Assembly: GCF_000372725.1 (NCBI RefSeq) | Contig: NW_005202176.1 | Coordinates: 353,152-376,880, forward strand | DNA length: 23,729 nucleotides | Direction: 5' to 3' | Source: Emiliania huxleyi CCMP1516 | Lineage: Eukaryota | Part shown: in pieces, positions 20,562 to 23,729 of the stretch | How positions within the stretch are numbered: position 1 is the stretch's first letter | Layout: each line of letters opens with the position of its first letter | The notes under the pieces: generated by a model | Told to the model about the DNA's origin: nothing | What the model saw: only the letters and a program-made list of their open reading frames with translations | The model's database searches: none | Made by a program: the position numbers and the translations under genes

Positions 20562-23500
20562 GTGCGGGAGATATGGGGAGATATGGGGAGAGATGGGGAG
20601 AGATGGGGCGATGTGGAACCTCGAGCGAGCCGTGCGGGAGATATGGGGAGAGATGGGGAGAGATGGGGAGAGATGGGGCGATGTGGAACCTCGAGCGAGC
20701 CGTGCGGGAGATATGGGGAGATATGGGGAGATATGGGGAGAGATGGGGCGATGTGGAACCTCGAGCGAGCCGTGCGGGAGATATGGGGAGAGATGGGGAG
20801 AGATGGGGAGAGATGGGGCGATGTGGAACCTCGAGCGAGCCGTGCGGGAGATATGGGGAGATATGGGGAGAGATGGGGAGAGATGGGGCGTTGTGGAACC
20901 TCGAGCGAGCCGTGCGGGAGATATGGGGAGATATGGGGAGAGATGGGGAGAGATGGGGCGATGTGGAACCTCGAGCGAGCCGTGCGGGAGATATGGGGAG
21001 AGATGGGGAGAGATGGGGAGAGATGGGGCGATGTGGAACCTCGAGCGAGCCGTGCGGGAGATATGGGGAGATATGGGGAGAGATGGGGCGATGTGGAACC
21101 TCGAGCGAGCCGTGCGGGAGATATGGGGAGATATGGGGAGAGATGGGGAGAGATGGGGCGATGTGGAACCTCGAGCGAGCCGTGCGGGAGATATGGGGAG
21201 ATATGGGGAGAGATGGGGAGAGATGGGGCGATGTGGAACCTCGAGCGAGCCGTGCGGGAGATATGGGGAGATATGGGGAGAGATGGGGAGAGATGGGGCG
21301 ATGTGGAACCTCGAGCGAGCCGTGCGGGAGATATGGGGAGATATGGGGAGAGATGGGGAGAGATGGGGCGATGTGGAACCTCGAGCGAGCCGTGCGGGAG
21401 ATATGGGGAGATATGGGGAGAGATGGGGAGAGATGGGGCGATGTGGAACCTCGAGCGAGCCGTGCGGGAGATATGGGGAGATATGGGGAGAGATGGGGAG
21501 AGATGGGGCGATGTGGAACCTCGAGCGAGCCGTGCGGGAGATATGGGGAGATATGGGGAGAGATGGGGAGAGATGGGGCGATGTGGAACCTCGAGCGAGC
21601 CGTGCGGGAGATATGGGGAGATATGGGGAGAGATGGGGAGAGATGGGGCGATGTGGAACCTCGAGCGAGCCGTGCGGGAGATATGGGGAGATATGGGGAG
21701 ATATGNNNNNNNNNNNNNNNNNNNNNNNNNNNNNNNNNNNNNNNNNNNNNNNNNNNNNNNNNNNNNNNNNNNNNNNNNNNNNNNNNNNNNNNNNNNNNNN
21801 NNNNNNNNNNNNNNNNNNNNNNNNNNNNNNNNNNNNNNNNNNNNNNNNNNNNNNNNNNNNNNNNNNNNNNNNNNNNNNNNNNNNNNNNNNNNNNNNNNNN
21901 NNNNNNNNNNNNNNNNNNNNNNNNNNNNNNNNNNNNNNNNNNNNNNNNNNNNNNNNNNNNNNNNNNNNNNNNNNNNNNNNNNNNNNNNNNNNNNNNNNNN
22001 NNNNNNNNNNNNNNNNNNNNNNNNNNNNNNNNNNNNNNNNNNNNNNNNNNNNNNNNNNNNNNNNNNNNNNNNNNNNNNNNNNNNNNNNNNNNNNNNNNNN
22101 NNNNNNNNNNNNNNNNNNNNNNNNNNNNNNNNNNNNNNNNNNNNNNNNNNNNNNNNNNNNNNNNNNNNNNNNNNNNNNNNNGGCGGCTTCAACGTTACGC
22201 GAATCGCAGAATGGAGGGTTGGCTCCTCGCGCGTGTGCGATCCGGCGGCGAGTGAGCGTGCGGGCGCAGCCTTGAGCGACCCGTGCGGGAGATATGGGGA
22301 GATATGGGGAGATATGGGGAGATGTGGAACCTCGAGCGATCCGTGCGGGAGATATGGGGAGATATGGGGAGATATGGGGAGAGATGGGGCGATGTGGAAC
22401 CTCGAGCGAGCCGTGCGGGAGATATGGGGAGATATGGGGAGATATGGGGAGAGATGGGGCGATGTGGAACCTCGAGCGAGCCGTGCGGGAGATATGGGGA
22501 GATATGGGGAGAGATGGGGAGAGATGGGGCGATGTGGAACCTCGAGCGAGCCGTGCGGGAGATATGGGGAGATATGGGGAGATATGGGGAGAGATGGGGC
22601 GATGTGGAACCTCGAGCGAGCCGTGCGGGAGATATGGGGAGATATGGGGAGAGATGGGGAGAGATGGGGCGATGTGGAACCTCGAGCGAGCCGTGCGGGA
22701 GATATGGGGAGATATGGGGAGAGATGGGGAGAGATGGGGCGATGTGGAACCTCGAGCGAGCCGTGCGGGAGATATGGGGAGATATGGGGAGAGATGGGGA
22801 GAGATGGGGCGATGTGGAACCTCGAGCGAGCCGTGCGGGAGATATGGGGAGATATGGGGAGAGATGGGGAGAGATGGGGCGATGTGGAACCTCGAGCGAG
22901 CCGTGCGGGAGATATGGGGAGATATGGGGAGAGATGGGGAGAGATGGGGCGATGTGGAACCTCGAGCGAGCCGTGCGGGAGATATGGGGAGATATGGGGA
23001 GAGATGGGGAGAGATGGGGCGATGTGGAACCTCGAGCGAGCCGTGCGGGAGNNNNNNNNNNNNNNNNNNNNNNNNNNNNNNNNNNNNNNNNNNNNNNNNN
23101 NNNNNNNNNNNNNNNNNNNNNNNNNNNNNNNNNNNNNNNNNNNNNNNNNNNTGGGGAGAGATGGGGGCGATGTGGATCCTCGAGCGAGCCTTACGGGAGA
23201 TTTGGGGATATATGGGGAGAAATGGGGAGAGATGGGGCGATTTGGAACCACGAGCGACCCGTGCGGGACTTATGGGGAGATATGGGGAGAGATGGGGAGA
23301 GATGGGGCGATGTGGAACCTCGAGCGAGCCGTGCGGCAGATATGGGGAGATATGGGGAGAGATGGGGAGAGATGGGGCGATGTGGAACCTCGAGCGACCC
23401 GTGCGGGAGATATGGGGAGATATGGGGAGATATGGGGAGAGATGGGGCGATGTGGAACCTCGAGCGACCCGTGCGGGAGATATGGGGAGATATGGGGAGA

Positions 23501-23729
23501 TATGGGGAGATATGGGGAGATATGGGGCGATGTGGGACCTCGAGCGATCCTTTCGGGAGATATGGGGAGATATGGGGAGATATGGGTCGATGTGGAACCT
23601 CGAGCGAGCCGTGCGGGAGATATGGGGAGATATGGGGAGATATGGGGAGATATGGGGAGAGATGGGGCGATGTGGAACCTCGAGCGACCCGTGCGGGAGA
23701 TATGGGGAGATATGGGGAGAGATGGGGCG
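20562..23729. repeat. 60-bp satellite: ~23-bp unique core (gtggaacctcgagcgagccgtgc) plus 10-bp ggggaga(t/g)at words, interrupted by N gaps
   Basis: Blocks at 20562-21705, ~22273-23051 and 23152-23729. Unit length varies by exactly 10 bp in places. A unique segment lies at 22182-22272. Confidence 0.95.

Noticed and set aside
22182..22272. Unique segment within the satellite as a candidate exon
   Set aside because: It borders an N gap and neighbouring repeat units are degraded, so sequence quality is doubtful; the translation is not recognisable.
20562..23729. Long ORFs (948, 764, 944 aa) and CRISPR or telomere interpretation
   Set aside because: The ORFs are artefacts of a stop-free satellite and N gaps. 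There are no unique spacers and no canonical TTAGGG-type telomere repeat.

Overview
Eukaryotic, very GC-rich genomic DNA with many GC-AG introns and 10-11 bp tandem repeats. It most resembles a haptophyte alga such as Emiliania/Gephyrocapsa huxleyi (inferred from sequence style, not verified). Genes in order: an endonuclease III-like glycosylase (+, possibly 5'-partial); a small signal-peptide/LRGG membrane protein (+); a ~1020-aa putatively plastid-targeted fusion of SnoaL/NTF2-like, membrane and CRTISO/CrtI-type FAD oxidoreductase domains (-); a J-domain/DnaJ-X protein (+); a glutathione S-transferase (-); a HET-like + LRR gene with one in-frame stop (-); an orphan PEX6-like AAA C-terminal fragment (-); a BTB + Strawberry-notch-C-terminal-like fusion (-); a tandem ABM-barrel protein (-); and a 2xWW Pro/Gly-rich protein (-) running into assembly gaps and a 60-bp satellite. 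The most striking signal is a recurring intron architecture. In the CRTISO-like gene, three introns are each a 19-31 bp direct duplication of the flanking exon sequence around a G|GC or AG|GC site, plus a 36-51 bp low-complexity filler of roughly 10-11 bp words. Splicing restores the reading frame exactly. One of these is amplified to 3 units, and the terminal satellite appears to have the same build around AG|GT. This suggests an active duplication-plus-filler route to intron birth and satellite growth. All splice models are inferred from sequence alone.
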